Assembly (NCBI GenBank): GCA_029552125.1 | Contig: JAKPEE010000091.1 | Span: 259-64,258, forward strand | Reading direction: 5' to 3' | Origin: Bacillota bacterium | GTDB taxonomy: Bacteria; Bacillota; Dethiobacteria; DTU022 | Length of the DNA: 64,000 nucleotides | Part shown: positions 52,872 through 63,001 of the stretch, in pieces | Position numbering within the stretch: the first letter of the stretch is position 1 | Layout: the number at the start of each line of letters is the position of its first letter | Notes under the pieces: generated by a model | What the model was told of the DNA's origin: nothing | What the model saw: the letters and a program-made list of their open reading frames with translations, nothing else | Database searches by the model: none | Made by a program: the position numbers and the translations under genes

Positions 52872-54119
52872 ATGTCGTCACAGAAAAAAAATATAGTACT
52901 GCTTCTCAAAAATATATCCAGGGAAAGCGGGGGCATGTCTTCCTCCCTGGATCTTGCCGAAACGCTACACCACCTGGGCCATAATGTCGTCATCGGTTTA
53001 ACCAGCAGCAGTATTATCTACAGGGCAACCGGAGCACGGAAGTGCAAAACGGTAATACCGGCAAAAAATATCTATACAGTACCGGCCATTTTCAAAAGGG
53101 CAATCCGTAAACGTAATTATAGTTCCGCTGCAGTGAGGGTTACTAAAAATATAAAAGCGGCCATCCAAAACTTTTTAATAACTTTAAGCGGCAAAAAAAA
53201 TTTTATTAAGTTGCTCTCTAACGCCGACATCATTATCGATGCCGCCAATTTTTCGGGCCAGGGGATCGCTTTAATTAAGGAACACACAAATGGACTAATA
53301 GTCAAAAATCATGCCGGCTCACCCAAAGCCTTTGAAGATTTCTGGCTCACGGACGAGCACCTGCTTGAGCCGGCTGATTCAAACAGATCCCGCTACGTAG
53401 CATATTGCCAACAGTATGACGCTCTTCTCTTTCAAGCCCCTGACCAGTTAGAGGAATGCGTTATAAGGGAGCCCCTGCTAAAACCGCGCTGCTTTGTTTT
53501 GCCTCCTACCTGCCAGGAGCAGCAAGTATTGGCGTCCAGGCAACAGGAAAGCCCTTATCAGCCTGGCCGAAAAGCGATTGTTTGTGTGGGATCAATACAG
53601 CCGCGCAAAGCACAGCATCTGGCCATGGAAGCATTTTCCCTGATTGCGGCCAGTAACCCTGACGCGGATCTCCATTTTGTCGGAGGCGGGCTGAATTCAG
53701 ATTACGGCATGGGCCTGGTCAAGGAAGCCGCCCAGGCCTTTCCGCAAGGCCGCATTTACTTCCATGGACACCGTCAAGACTATTTGCGTTTTATGGCTCA
53801 TGCAGAGCTAGTTATTCAAACATCGCAGGAGGAGGGAGTATCGCGTATTTTGCGTGAAGCCATGCTCCTGAAGCGCCCGCTAATCAGTTTTGCCATTTCC
53901 GGAACAACATCTTTACTGGAATCGGGAAAAGAGGCGGTGTTGGTCCAGCCCGGCGACACGGCTGCCCTGGCCGAGGCCATTGCTGATTGCTTGAACCATC
54001 CATCATACGCAAAAGAGCTTGCCCTGGCAGCATATAAACGTTATCTGCTGAACAATTCCTGGGCGGCCTACGCCTCAAAGATAATCGAATTAGTTGATCA
54101 TTTGGGCAGCATGAAATAA
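52872..54119 (+). CDS. GT-B (GT4-like) glycosyltransferase
   Basis: C-terminal EGVSRILREAMLLKRPLISFAISG block (EX7E-like) within a GT-B-sized protein of 415 aa. Confidence 0.7.
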   Translation: MSSQKKNIVLLLKNISRESGGMSSSLDLAETLHHLGHNVVIGLTSSSIIYRATGARKCKTVIPAKNIYTVPAIFKRAIRKRNYSSAAVRVTKNIKAAIQNFLITLSGKKNFIKLLSNADIIIDAANFSGQGIALIKEHTNGLIVKNHAGSPKAFEDFWLTDEHLLEPADSNRSRYVAYCQQYDALLFQAPDQLEECVIREPLLKPRCFVLPPTCQEQQVLASRQQESPYQPGRKAIVCVGSIQPRKAQHLAMEAFSLIAASNPDADLHFVGGGLNSDYGMGLVKEAAQAFPQGRIYFHGHRQDYLRFMAHAELVIQTSQEEGVSRILREAMLLKRPLISFAISGTTSLLESGKEAVLVQPGDTAALAEAIADCLNHPSYAKELALAAYKRYLLNNSWAAYASKIIELVDHLGSMK

Positions 54120-54167
54120 TATTGAAATAATCGAAGGTCAAGCAAAACAGATTTGCGGAGGCTAATG

Positions 54168-55172
54168 ATGCAAGGGAAAAAAATACTGGTTACCGGAGCC
54201 GGTGGATTTATCGGCTCACATTTAACCGAAGAGTTAATCCGCCGGGGTCATCATGTTCGTGCCTTTGTTCTATATAACTCCCAAAATTCCTGGGAGTGGC
54301 TCGATCATTCCCCGCGGGATATTAAAGAGAGTGTCGAAATATTTTTAGGCGATATCCGTGATCCATACGGTGTTAAAAAGGCCATGAAGGGCTGTGATCT
54401 GGTCTTTCATCTCGCCGCATTAATTGCCATTCCATACTCCTATTACTCTCCGGATACATACGTTGATACCAATATTAAAGGCACCCTGAATGTTCTTCAG
54501 GCGGCCCGGGAGCTCGAAGTGGAAAAGGTGATTCACACTTCAACCAGTGAAGTATACGGCACCGCCCAGTTCGTGCCCATAACTGAAAAACATCCTCTGC
54601 AGGGCCAGTCGCCTTATGCGGCTACTAAAATCGCTGCAGATCAGCTGGCCATGTCTTTTTACTTTTCATTTAATACACCGGTGTCGATCATCAGGCCATT
54701 CAACACCTACGGCCCCCGCCAGTCAGCCAGGGCGGTGATCCCCGCGATTATCATTCAGATCGCCGCCGGTTTACACGAGATCAAGCTTGGAGCGCTTCAC
54801 CCGACCAGGGATTTTAATTATATCAAAGATACGGTCGCAGGCTTTATCGCCGCTGCCCGTTCTCCAAAGGCCATTGGAGAAATTATTAACCTGGGCAGCA
54901 ATTACGAAATCTCCATCGGTGATACGGTCAACCTTATTGCTGAAATAATGGGCAGAAAAATTAACATCATCAGCGATAAACCCCGTTTCCGTCCTGAGAA
55001 AAGTGAAGTGGAGAGACTGAGGGCCGACAACTCGAAAGCCAGGGAGCTTCTTGGCTGGCAGCCTGCCTACGGCGGGCTTGCAGGATTTAAACGGGGGCTT
55101 ATGGAAACAATAGACTGGTTTAGCAATCCGGATCATTTAGCCTGGTATAAGGAAGGTATCTATAACATTTGA
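54168..55172 (+). CDS. NAD-dependent nucleotide-sugar 4,6-dehydratase (LegB-like SDR)
   Basis: ILVTGAGGFIGSH, the STSEVYG and YAATK catalytic motifs. It is the first gene of a legionaminic-acid-type block. Confidence 0.8.
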   Translation: MQGKKILVTGAGGFIGSHLTEELIRRGHHVRAFVLYNSQNSWEWLDHSPRDIKESVEIFLGDIRDPYGVKKAMKGCDLVFHLAALIAIPYSYYSPDTYVDTNIKGTLNVLQAARELEVEKVIHTSTSEVYGTAQFVPITEKHPLQGQSPYAATKIAADQLAMSFYFSFNTPVSIIRPFNTYGPRQSARAVIPAIIIQIAAGLHEIKLGALHPTRDFNYIKDTVAGFIAAARSPKAIGEIINLGSNYEISIGDTVNLIAEIMGRKINIISDKPRFRPEKSEVERLRADNSKARELLGWQPAYGGLAGFKRGLMETIDWFSNPDHLAWYKEGIYNI

Positions 55173-56338
55173 AAAAAGATCTTGAGATTCCCGCAATCAT
55201 TAACGCGATTAAAAGAAGCCTGTCTCCTGGTCTGAAGTATCCGGTAGGGCTTCATGAACCCAATATTTCAGGAAACGAATGGAACTATGTTAAAGATTGC
55301 CTTGATTCAACGTGGGTTTCATCTGTGGGCAAATATGTAGACAAGTTTGAAGAGATGATCGCGGCTTTCACCGGGGTTAAATGCGCTGTGGCCGTAGTCA
55401 ATGGTACCGCCGCTCTGCATATTTGTTTGCGGCTGGCAGGGGTGGAACCGGGCGATGAGGTGCTTGTGCCCGCTCTGACTTTTGTCGCCACGGCCAATGC
55501 CGTTAGTTATTGTGGGGCCGTCCCTCATTTTGTCGATATTGAAGAATATACCCTGGGCCTGGACCCTCGCAAGCTGGAGGACCATCTCCAACAGGTGGCT
55601 GTAATCCGGGACGGCTGCTGTATCAACAGGTACACCGGCAGGAAAATGAAAGCGGTTGTAGCGATGCATGCCTTCGGGCATCCTGTTGATCTTGATCCCC
55701 TGGTGGAAACCTGCCGCCGTTTTCATTTAGAACTTATCGAAGATGCGGCGGAATCTCTGGGCTCTTTTTATAAAGAACGCCACACAGGCAACTGGGGTGT
55801 GCTTTCCGCCCTGAGCTTCAATGGCAACAAAATAGTGACAACCGGTGGGGGCGGGGCTATTCTTACCAATAATCCGGAGTTGGCCAAAAAGGCCAAACAC
55901 CTGACTACAACAGCAAAAGTTTTTCACCGCTGGGCTTATTATCATGATCAGGTAGGTTACAATTACCGCCTGCCCAATATTAATGCCGCTTTGGGTTGCG
56001 CTCAGATGGAACAACTGCCGAAATTTCTTGAACAAAAAAGAGCCCTCGCCGAACGTTACCGGCAGTCCTTTAGCGGGATTCGCGGCATAAAATTTTTTAA
56101 TGAACCTGCTTTCGCCCGCAGCAACTACTGGTTAAATGTTTTGCTCTTAGAAGATGATTACGCGGATAGGCGGGATGCGCTGCTGGAAGCGACCCACGAG
56201 GCAGGTATTGCCACGCGACCGGCCTGGGAAGCTATGCACCGGTTGCCCATGTTCAAAGATTGTCCGAGGATGGATCTGTCCACGGTAGAAAACATTACTT
56301 CCCGCTTGATCAATTTGCCAAGCAGCTCTTTTCTTTAA
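55169..56338 (+). CDS. DegT/DnrJ/EryC1-family PLP aminotransferase (LegC-like)
   Basis: AVVNGTAALH and SFNGNKIVTTGGGGAI (PLP lysine context). The TTG start overlaps the upstream stop. Confidence 0.9.
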   Translation: MKKDLEIPAIINAIKRSLSPGLKYPVGLHEPNISGNEWNYVKDCLDSTWVSSVGKYVDKFEEMIAAFTGVKCAVAVVNGTAALHICLRLAGVEPGDEVLVPALTFVATANAVSYCGAVPHFVDIEEYTLGLDPRKLEDHLQQVAVIRDGCCINRYTGRKMKAVVAMHAFGHPVDLDPLVETCRRFHLELIEDAAESLGSFYKERHTGNWGVLSALSFNGNKIVTTGGGGAILTNNPELAKKAKHLTTTAKVFHRWAYYHDQVGYNYRLPNINAALGCAQMEQLPKFLEQKRALAERYRQSFSGIRGIKFFNEPAFARSNYWLNVLLLEDDYADRRDALLEATHEAGIATRPAWEAMHRLPMFKDCPRMDLSTVENITSRLINLPSSSFL

Positions 56339-56473
56339 GCATGCTGTCACGCGATTAATGGCCGGTCACATAATATGGGCTAAAATAGTGGTAACAGCTT
56401 TTCATCTTCTCACAGAGCCCCCGTTTAGTGGGACCTGGGGTCTTTTTTCAAAATAATATGAAAGCGATGGCTC

Positions 56474-57706
56474 ATGGATCGAAAGCGTAAAATTTGTGTG
56501 GTTACCGGGACACGAGCTGAATATGGGCTTTTATTCTGGCTGCTCAAAGAAATGAAGGATGACCCGGCGATCGAGCTGCAATTAGCAGTTACGGGGATGC
56601 ATTTATCACCGGAGTTCGGGTTGACCGCCAGAACTGTTGAGGAAGACGGATTCTCTATTGATGCAAAGGTGGAGATGCTTCTTTCCAGCGATACATCTGT
56701 CGGTATTGCCAAATCGATCGGTCTTGGTGTCATCGGCTTTGCTGACGCATTAGAACGCCTGAAGCCGGATTTAATGGTCGTTTTGGGTGATCGTTTTGAA
56801 ACTTTTGCCGCCGCTCAGGCTTCCATGATGGCCAGAATACCGGTAGCCCATCTACATGGCGGAGAGGTGACAGAAGGGGCGGTTGATGAAGCCATACGGC
56901 ATGCCCTTACCAAAATGTCTCATTTACATTTTGCGGCTACAGAAACCTACCGCCGCCGGATTATCCAGATGGGAGAAGCACCGGAGCGCGTCTTTGCTGT
57001 TGGCACTATCGGATTGGACAACATTCATCGCTTGCGGCTGCTCGACCGGGATGAATTTTTTAAAGCCCTGGGCTTTTCACCGGGTAAAAACAATTTTCTG
57101 GTCACTTATCACCCTGAAACTTTGAGCAGAGAAGGAGTTGGAAAGGCAGCGGCAGAATTACTATCGGCCCTGGATTATTTCCCGGAGGCGAACATTATTT
57201 TTACCAGGCCCAATGCCGATCATGAAGGAAGAGAAATTATCCGGCTTATCGACGCCTACGTGTCGAACAATCCTCATCGGGCCAGGGTGTACACCAGCCT
57301 GGGGCAGGTTCGCTACCTGAGCGCAATCAAGCATGTTGATGTGGTAATCGGCAATTCATCCAGCGGCATTCTCGAAGCGCCGGCTTTAGCTACACCCTCG
57401 GTAAATATTGGGAATCGCCAGCGCGGCCGCTTGCTGGCAGCCAGCGTGATCAACTGCGCCGCTGAAACTACGGCTATTGTCGAAGCAATCAAAAAAGCTC
57501 TTTCACCACAGATGAAACCGATCCTGGAAAAGATGGAAACACCTTATTATTCAGATGGGCAGGTTTCAGTAAAAATTAAAGAAATCCTGAAAAAATATCC
57601 TCTAGACCATATCCTGGTGAAAAGTTTTTATGATTTAAACATGGATGGATATACGTTTTCGGAGGGCCAGTACTGCTGTAAGAATGACATCACCGGAAAG
57701 GATTAA
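56474..57706 (+). CDS. Hydrolysing nucleotide-sugar 2-epimerase (NeuC/LegG-like)
   Basis: ICVVTGTRAEYGLL..L, LGDRFE and HLHGGE motifs of NeuC-type epimerases. Confidence 0.9.
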   Translation: MDRKRKICVVTGTRAEYGLLFWLLKEMKDDPAIELQLAVTGMHLSPEFGLTARTVEEDGFSIDAKVEMLLSSDTSVGIAKSIGLGVIGFADALERLKPDLMVVLGDRFETFAAAQASMMARIPVAHLHGGEVTEGAVDEAIRHALTKMSHLHFAATETYRRRIIQMGEAPERVFAVGTIGLDNIHRLRLLDRDEFFKALGFSPGKNNFLVTYHPETLSREGVGKAAAELLSALDYFPEANIIFTRPNADHEGREIIRLIDAYVSNNPHRARVYTSLGQVRYLSAIKHVDVVIGNSSSGILEAPALATPSVNIGNRQRGRLLAASVINCAAETTAIVEAIKKALSPQMKPILEKMETPYYSDGQVSVKIKEILKKYPLDHILVKSFYDLNMDGYTFSEGQYCCKNDITGKD

Positions 57707-57710
57707 ACCA

Positions 57711-58796
57711 GTGTTGCAGAATAAAGGAACTTTTATTATCGCTGAAGCGGGTGTCAACCATAACGGCTCTCTGGATCTGGCCAGGCAATTAGTTGAAGCG
57801 GCGGCAGCAGCGGGCGCCGATGCCGTAAAATTCCAGACTTTTGTTGCCAGGCAGGTTGTTTCTAACCGGGCACCAAAAGCCAGGTATCAGCAGAAGACAA
57901 CAGGCAACTCTACCGGCCAGCTCGAGATGCTACGAAAGCTGGAACTGGATCAGGCGGCTCATCTCCAACTTGTTCAACACTGCCAGGCTAACCGGATTAA
58001 ATTTATCTCCACGCCGTTTGATTACCCTAGCCTGCAACTGCTGGTTAATATAATCGGTGTTGACCTGTTAAAAATTTCATCGGGCGAAATTACCAATGCT
58101 CCATTTCTGCTGCAAATAGCCCGGACCCAAAAACCTGTACTTTTGTCCACCGGAATGAGTACGCTGGGTGAAATAGAGACAGCGCTAAGCATTCTTGCTT
58201 TTGGTTATATCAGTAGCGGACAAAAATGTTCTCCCGCTGAATGGCGTGAAGCATACTGCTCCAGAGAAGGCCGGCAGGCACTGCAGGAAAAGGTAACTCT
58301 ATTACATTGTACCACCGAGTACCCCGCTCCTTACGGTGAGGTAAACCTGAGGGCGATGGAGACTATGAGACAGGCATTCCAACTGCCGGTAGGCCTTTCA
58401 GATCACACCGCGGGTATTACGGTAGCTATCGCTGCCGCAGCGCGCGAAGCCTGTGTTATTGAAAAACATTTTACCCTGGATCGAAACTTGCCCGGGCCGG
58501 ATCATAAAGCTTCCCTGGAACCGTCAGAGCTGGCGCAACTGGTAAAGGCTGTCCGCCAGGTTGAACTGGCGCTGGGTTCTCCGGTCAAAGCTCCGGCACC
58601 ATGCGAAATGGATAATCTTTGTGTCGTGCGCAAAAGCATTGTCGCCGCCCGGCCGATTAAAAAAGGTGAAGTCTTTACGGAGGAAAACTTGTCGATAAAG
58701 AGAGCGGGTGGAGGCCTGCCGCCGCTTATGTTTTGGGGATTGTTGGGAAAAAAGGCGTTAAAGGATTATGAAGCTGATGAGAGAATTATTTATTAA
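57711..58796 (+). CDS. Nonulosonic acid synthase with C-terminal SAF domain (NeuB/LegI-like)
   Basis: IIAEAGVNHNGSLDLA, KFQTF and DHKASLEP, plus a SAF-type tail (VAARPIKKGEVFTEENL). GTG 57711 follows an AAAGGA RBS. The track start at 57645 overlaps neuC and is less likely. Confidence 0.9.
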   Translation: MLQNKGTFIIAEAGVNHNGSLDLARQLVEAAAAAGADAVKFQTFVARQVVSNRAPKARYQQKTTGNSTGQLEMLRKLELDQAAHLQLVQHCQANRIKFISTPFDYPSLQLLVNIIGVDLLKISSGEITNAPFLLQIARTQKPVLLSTGMSTLGEIETALSILAFGYISSGQKCSPAEWREAYCSREGRQALQEKVTLLHCTTEYPAPYGEVNLRAMETMRQAFQLPVGLSDHTAGITVAIAAAAREACVIEKHFTLDRNLPGPDHKASLEPSELAQLVKAVRQVELALGSPVKAPAPCEMDNLCVVRKSIVAARPIKKGEVFTEENLSIKRAGGGLPPLMFWGLLGKKALKDYEADERIIY

Positions 58797-58814
58797 CTTC
58801 TTTGAGGAACAAGA

Positions 58815-59465
58815 GTGACTGTGGAGATGAAACCTTTATTGATACTGGGCGGCGGAGGCCATGCCAGGGTATTGATTGATGCCCTCAGGCAGAGCAAATG
58901 CGATAATATTATTGGCATTATTGATGTCGATCGAACTAAACAGGATTCACTTATAGACGGTGTGCCTGTAATTGGCGATGAAAGCATACTGACTGGTTAT
59001 GATGCCAGGCATATTATGCTGGTTAATGCGCTGGGTTCAATAAAAACAACGGAAAAGCGTCGATTGTTATTTGAAAAATATAAGCAAAAGGGTTATTGCT
59101 TTGCCCGGGTTATTCACCCTGCGGCAATAATCGCGCCCGGTGTGATTTTGGGTGAAGGGACCCAGGTTATGGCCGGAGCCGTGATTCAGCCGGGATGCCA
59201 CATCGGCGATAACTCGATTATTAATACCAGGGTATCGGTAGATCACGGCTGCAGGATTGGCCGAAGCGTTCACCTTGCCCCCGGTGTTACCGTCTCCGGT
59301 GAAGTAATCATTGATGATAATGTGCATGTTGGTTGCGGCGCTACAGTGATCCAGGGGATACACATTGGCCAAGGCAGCCTGGTCGGGGCTGCTTCCCTGG
59401 TGATCAGGCATATTCCTCCAGACACTACTGTTATAGGGGTTCCGGCAAAGGTGGTTTGTTCATGA
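58815..59465 (+). CDS. Left-handed beta-helix N-acetyltransferase (PglD/NeuD/LegH-like)
   Basis: N-terminal Rossmann-like LLILGGGGHARVLIDAL, followed by hexapeptide repeats. Confidence 0.85.
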   Translation: MTVEMKPLLILGGGGHARVLIDALRQSKCDNIIGIIDVDRTKQDSLIDGVPVIGDESILTGYDARHIMLVNALGSIKTTEKRRLLFEKYKQKGYCFARVIHPAAIIAPGVILGEGTQVMAGAVIQPGCHIGDNSIINTRVSVDHGCRIGRSVHLAPGVTVSGEVIIDDNVHVGCGATVIQGIHIGQGSLVGAASLVIRHIPPDTTVIGVPAKVVCS

Positions 59466-60532
59466 AAGATTGGGAAAAAACTCTGGTATCACCCTCCAGT
59501 TCTATTGTGGATACCCTAAAAATCATTGATTCCGGCGCCATGCAGATAGCCCTGGTTGTTGATGAGGACAACCGTCTTTTAGGTACTGTTACAGACGGTG
59601 ATGTTCGCCGCTGTATTTTAAAGGGTATTTCTCTTGAAAGCCCGGTAACGGAAATAATGAAGAAAACACCTGTTGTCGCCACAGTGGGGCAAACACGGGA
59701 AGATATTTTAAAAATGATGAGAAATAAAGGGAAGAAACAAATACCGGTAGTTGATCAGAATGGTTGTGTGGTGGGGCTGGAGCTTCTGGATGAACTACTG
59801 CAAACCGGGGCCATGGAGAACTGGGTAGTAATTATGGCAGGAGGCCTGGGTACTCGCCTCAAGCCGCTAACCGATCATTGCCCTAAACCAATGGTTAAGA
59901 TTGGAAGCAAGCCCCTGTTGGAAACAATCTTAAACAGCTTTATTGACCAGGGGTTTAGCAAATTTTTTATTGCGGTGAACTATATGGCCGAAATAATTAA
60001 GAAGCATTTTGGCGACGGTTCACAGTGGGGAGTAGAAATCAACTATCTAACCGAGGAGAAAAAGATGGGGACAGCCGGTGCCCTGGGACTGTTGCCGGAA
60101 AAACCGGATAAACCTCTCCTGGTTATGAATGGCGATTTACTAACTAAAGTTAACTACAAGCAGTTGCTGGATTACCATAGTGAAAGCAGGGCTGTCGCCA
60201 CCATGTGTGTTCGTGAATATAGCTTTCAGTTGCCTTATGGGGTCATTAAAATTGAAAATGGCCGCCGCATCCGGGAAATAGAGGAAAAACCGGTCCACCA
60301 TTTCTTTGTTAATGCCGGGATCTACGTATTGGAGCCGCAGGTGCTGCAATACTTGCCCGCTGATACCTGTATCGATATGACCACGTTGTTTGAACGAATC
60401 ATTGAACAAAAACTGGAAACCTCTGTTTTTCCAATCAGGGAGTACTGGATAGACATCGGCTATCACGAAGAACTGGAAAGAGCAAATGCAGAATTTGACA
60501 GCATTTTTGAAAGCACCGGAGGAGAATGGTGA
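59462..60532 (+). CDS. CBS-domain nucleotidyltransferase (PtmE-like sugar-1-phosphate guanylyl/nucleotidyltransferase)
   Basis: ATG 59462 overlaps the upstream TGA (ATGA). There is a tandem CBS pair, then MAGGLGTRLKPLTDHCPKPMV. Confidence 0.85.
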   Translation: MKDWEKTLVSPSSSIVDTLKIIDSGAMQIALVVDEDNRLLGTVTDGDVRRCILKGISLESPVTEIMKKTPVVATVGQTREDILKMMRNKGKKQIPVVDQNGCVVGLELLDELLQTGAMENWVVIMAGGLGTRLKPLTDHCPKPMVKIGSKPLLETILNSFIDQGFSKFFIAVNYMAEIIKKHFGDGSQWGVEINYLTEEKKMGTAGALGLLPEKPDKPLLVMNGDLLTKVNYKQLLDYHSESRAVATMCVREYSFQLPYGVIKIENGRRIREIEEKPVHHFFVNAGIYVLEPQVLQYLPADTCIDMTTLFERIIEQKLETSVFPIREYWIDIGYHEELERANAEFDSIFESTGGEW

Positions 60533-61461
60533 AAGTAATTTTTTTCGGCATGGGTTCCATAGGCTGGCGGCACTATCGGATCATGCAAAAATTATATCCT
60601 GATTTTCATTATTATGCCTACAAAAGGGAAAGATATGAAAATTCACCACTGGCGAGTATTTATAGCTGGGACGAAGTTGAATCTATTAATGCCGACCTGG
60701 CTTTTATCTGCAATCCAACGGACAAACATCTTGATTTTGCCCTGGAATGCGCAAAAAGAAAAATAAATCTTTTTATCGAAAAGCCGCTCTCAAATTCCCT
60801 GGAAAAAGTTAAGGAGCTGATGTATTATGTTAACCTCAATCGTTTACATGTACTGGTAGGCTATAATTTGCGCTTTCACCCCATTATTGAAAAGATTAAA
60901 GGGTACATCGACTCTACAAACGATCACGTGATCCGCTTTTCCGCCTACTGCGGCTCTTATCTGCCTGATTGGAGAAATAATGATTATAAAAACAGCTACA
61001 GCGCTAAAAGAGCACAGGGGGGCGGTGTTGTTCTGGATCTGTCCCATGAAATTGACTATTGCCGGTGGATTTGGGGGAATCCTGAAAAAGTAATCGGTTG
61101 TTACGGAAAATACTCGGAGCTGGAGATCGAGACTGAAGATAACCTGGAGGTAATCTTACAATACCGGGGAAAAGTTGGCGTTATTCACCTGGACTATTAT
61201 CGCCTCTATCCCCGGCGTGAAGTTGAAGTTTTAACTGATCAAGCTGTTTTATTTGGCGATCTTATTAACGGCATTTTTTCTATAAAAACCCGTCAAAGCG
61301 ATACTACTGAGCATGTAAGGATTTATCCTGATTTAACCTATGAAAAGCAGCTTACCCACCTGGTTGGCTTGCTGGAAGGTAATAGCGAACCCAGATGCAG
61401 CCTGGAAGATTCTGTCGAGACGATGCAATTACTGATGAAAATAAAAGGTGATCTATTGTGA
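60526..61461 (+). CDS. Gfo/Idh/MocA-family oxidoreductase (PtmF-like)
   Basis: N-terminal Rossmann IFFGMGSIGWRH and the EKPL motif (FIEKPLS). Confidence 0.75.
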   Translation: MVKVIFFGMGSIGWRHYRIMQKLYPDFHYYAYKRERYENSPLASIYSWDEVESINADLAFICNPTDKHLDFALECAKRKINLFIEKPLSNSLEKVKELMYYVNLNRLHVLVGYNLRFHPIIEKIKGYIDSTNDHVIRFSAYCGSYLPDWRNNDYKNSYSAKRAQGGGVVLDLSHEIDYCRWIWGNPEKVIGCYGKYSELEIETEDNLEVILQYRGKVGVIHLDYYRLYPRREVEVLTDQAVLFGDLINGIFSIKTRQSDTTEHVRIYPDLTYEKQLTHLVGLLEGNSEPRCSLEDSVETMQLLMKIKGDLL

Positions 61462-62933
61462 AAATACTGTGTACGATATGCGCCCGCGGGGCCTCCAAAG
61501 GGGTGCCGCAAAAAAATATAAGGAATCTTGCCGGGAAACCCCTGCTGGCTTACACCATCGAGCAGGCGCGGCAATGGGGCAGGGCTGATCGCGTCATTGT
61601 TTCAACAGACAGCCCGGAGATCGCCGCTATTGCTGAAAAATATGGCGCCGAAGTTCCTTTTATGAGACCGGATTACCTGGCTACTGATAGCGCGGCCAAA
61701 CTACCGGTGATTCAGCACGCGGTTAGCTGTGTTGAACAAATGAGCGGTGTGCAATTTGATTACGTAGTTGATCTGGATCCTACTTCGCCGCTGCGCAGCG
61801 TTGAAGACATTGAAGCGGCTTTTAACAAACTGTTAAGCGACCCTGACGCCTGTAATATCTATTCGGTTACCCGGGCCTCCAAATCGCCCTACTTCAATAT
61901 GGTCGAAGTTGATCAAAACGGCTACGCCTGTTTAAGCAAACAAACATCCAGACCGATTGTCAGGCGGCAAGATGCCCCGGTCGTTTACGAAATGAATGCC
62001 TCCATCTATATTTTTAGAAGAGATGCCTTGATGTCGGCGGATAGTGTCCATACTAATCGAACCCTGCTTTACGAGATGCCGGAAGAGAGATCTGTGGATA
62101 TTGATACAGAACTGGATTTCAAGATTGTAGAAATGTTGCTGCTCAATAAAAGGCAAAAGGATCAAGGCTCTGGACGAGACCTGTTCAATTTGCAGCATAA
62201 GATTGCAGTAGTCACCGGTGCTGCCGGACTGCTGGGCCGCGAAATGGTAAGGGGCCTGGCGGCCCACGGAGCCACTGTTATTGCCGCCGACATTTGCTAC
62301 GATAAAGGACTCAAACTGGCGGGCCTTTCAGAGCAGGGCGTGTATCCGGTCCATCTGGATATTACGGACAGGGAATCTATTGATGGACTGATCCGGCAGT
62401 TAGATCAGGTAGACATCTGGATCAATAACGCTTACCCCAGGACAGACGACTGGATGGATAAGTTTGAGGAGGTTTCCTTTGCATCGTTTCAAAAGAATAT
62501 TGACATGCATTTAAATAGCTACTTTTTATGTTGCCAGGCCGTTTCAGCCATAATGAAAACCCGCCGTAAAGGAACCATTATTAATATGGGCTCAATATAC
62601 GGGCTAATTGGTCCATCTTTTGATCTCTACGAGGGAACAGATTTAACTACGCCGGTGGCTTATGCGGCCATTAAAGGAGGCATTATTAATCTAACGAGAT
62701 ACCTTGCCGCCTACCTGGGCCAGTACAATATCCGTGTCAATGCCCTGGCGCCTGGAGGCGTGGAAAATCACCAGCCCGAATCTTTTATTAAAGCCTATGA
62801 AAAGAAGACACCCTTAAAGCGCATGGCCAGAGCAGAAGATGTGGTGGGGCCGCTTTTATTCTTGGCTTCAGATGCTTCTGCATATATCACCGGGCAGGTG
62901 ATTGTAGTTGATGGTGGATTTACTATCGTTTAA
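61458..62933 (+). CDS. Fusion protein: acylneuraminate cytidylyltransferase (LegF/PtmB-like) plus short-chain dehydrogenase (PtmA-like)
   Basis: The N-terminus has CARGASKGVPQKNI and DLDPTSPLR. From about aa 245 it has VVTGAAGLLG ... YAAIKGG ... RVNALAPGG, which are classical SDR motifs. It is a single 491-aa ORF. Confidence 0.85.
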   Translation: MKILCTICARGASKGVPQKNIRNLAGKPLLAYTIEQARQWGRADRVIVSTDSPEIAAIAEKYGAEVPFMRPDYLATDSAAKLPVIQHAVSCVEQMSGVQFDYVVDLDPTSPLRSVEDIEAAFNKLLSDPDACNIYSVTRASKSPYFNMVEVDQNGYACLSKQTSRPIVRRQDAPVVYEMNASIYIFRRDALMSADSVHTNRTLLYEMPEERSVDIDTELDFKIVEMLLLNKRQKDQGSGRDLFNLQHKIAVVTGAAGLLGREMVRGLAAHGATVIAADICYDKGLKLAGLSEQGVYPVHLDITDRESIDGLIRQLDQVDIWINNAYPRTDDWMDKFEEVSFASFQKNIDMHLNSYFLCCQAVSAIMKTRRKGTIINMGSIYGLIGPSFDLYEGTDLTTPVAYAAIKGGIINLTRYLAAYLGQYNIRVNALAPGGVENHQPESFIKAYEKKTPLKRMARAEDVVGPLLFLASDASAYITGQVIVVDGGFTIV

Positions 62934-63001
62934 TGAGGCTGGGGGCAGCCTTGCGGCCGGGAGTAATGATGATAGAGCAATCATGTGAATCGGGTGATTG
63001 A

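Noticed and set aside
57645-57710. Upstream ATG starts (57645, 57684) for the second NeuB-type synthase
   Set aside because: They would overlap the neuC-like gene by 20-60 nt and add a non-conserved N-terminal extension. GTG 57711 has an RBS and gives the canonical …GTFIIAEAGVNHNG start region.
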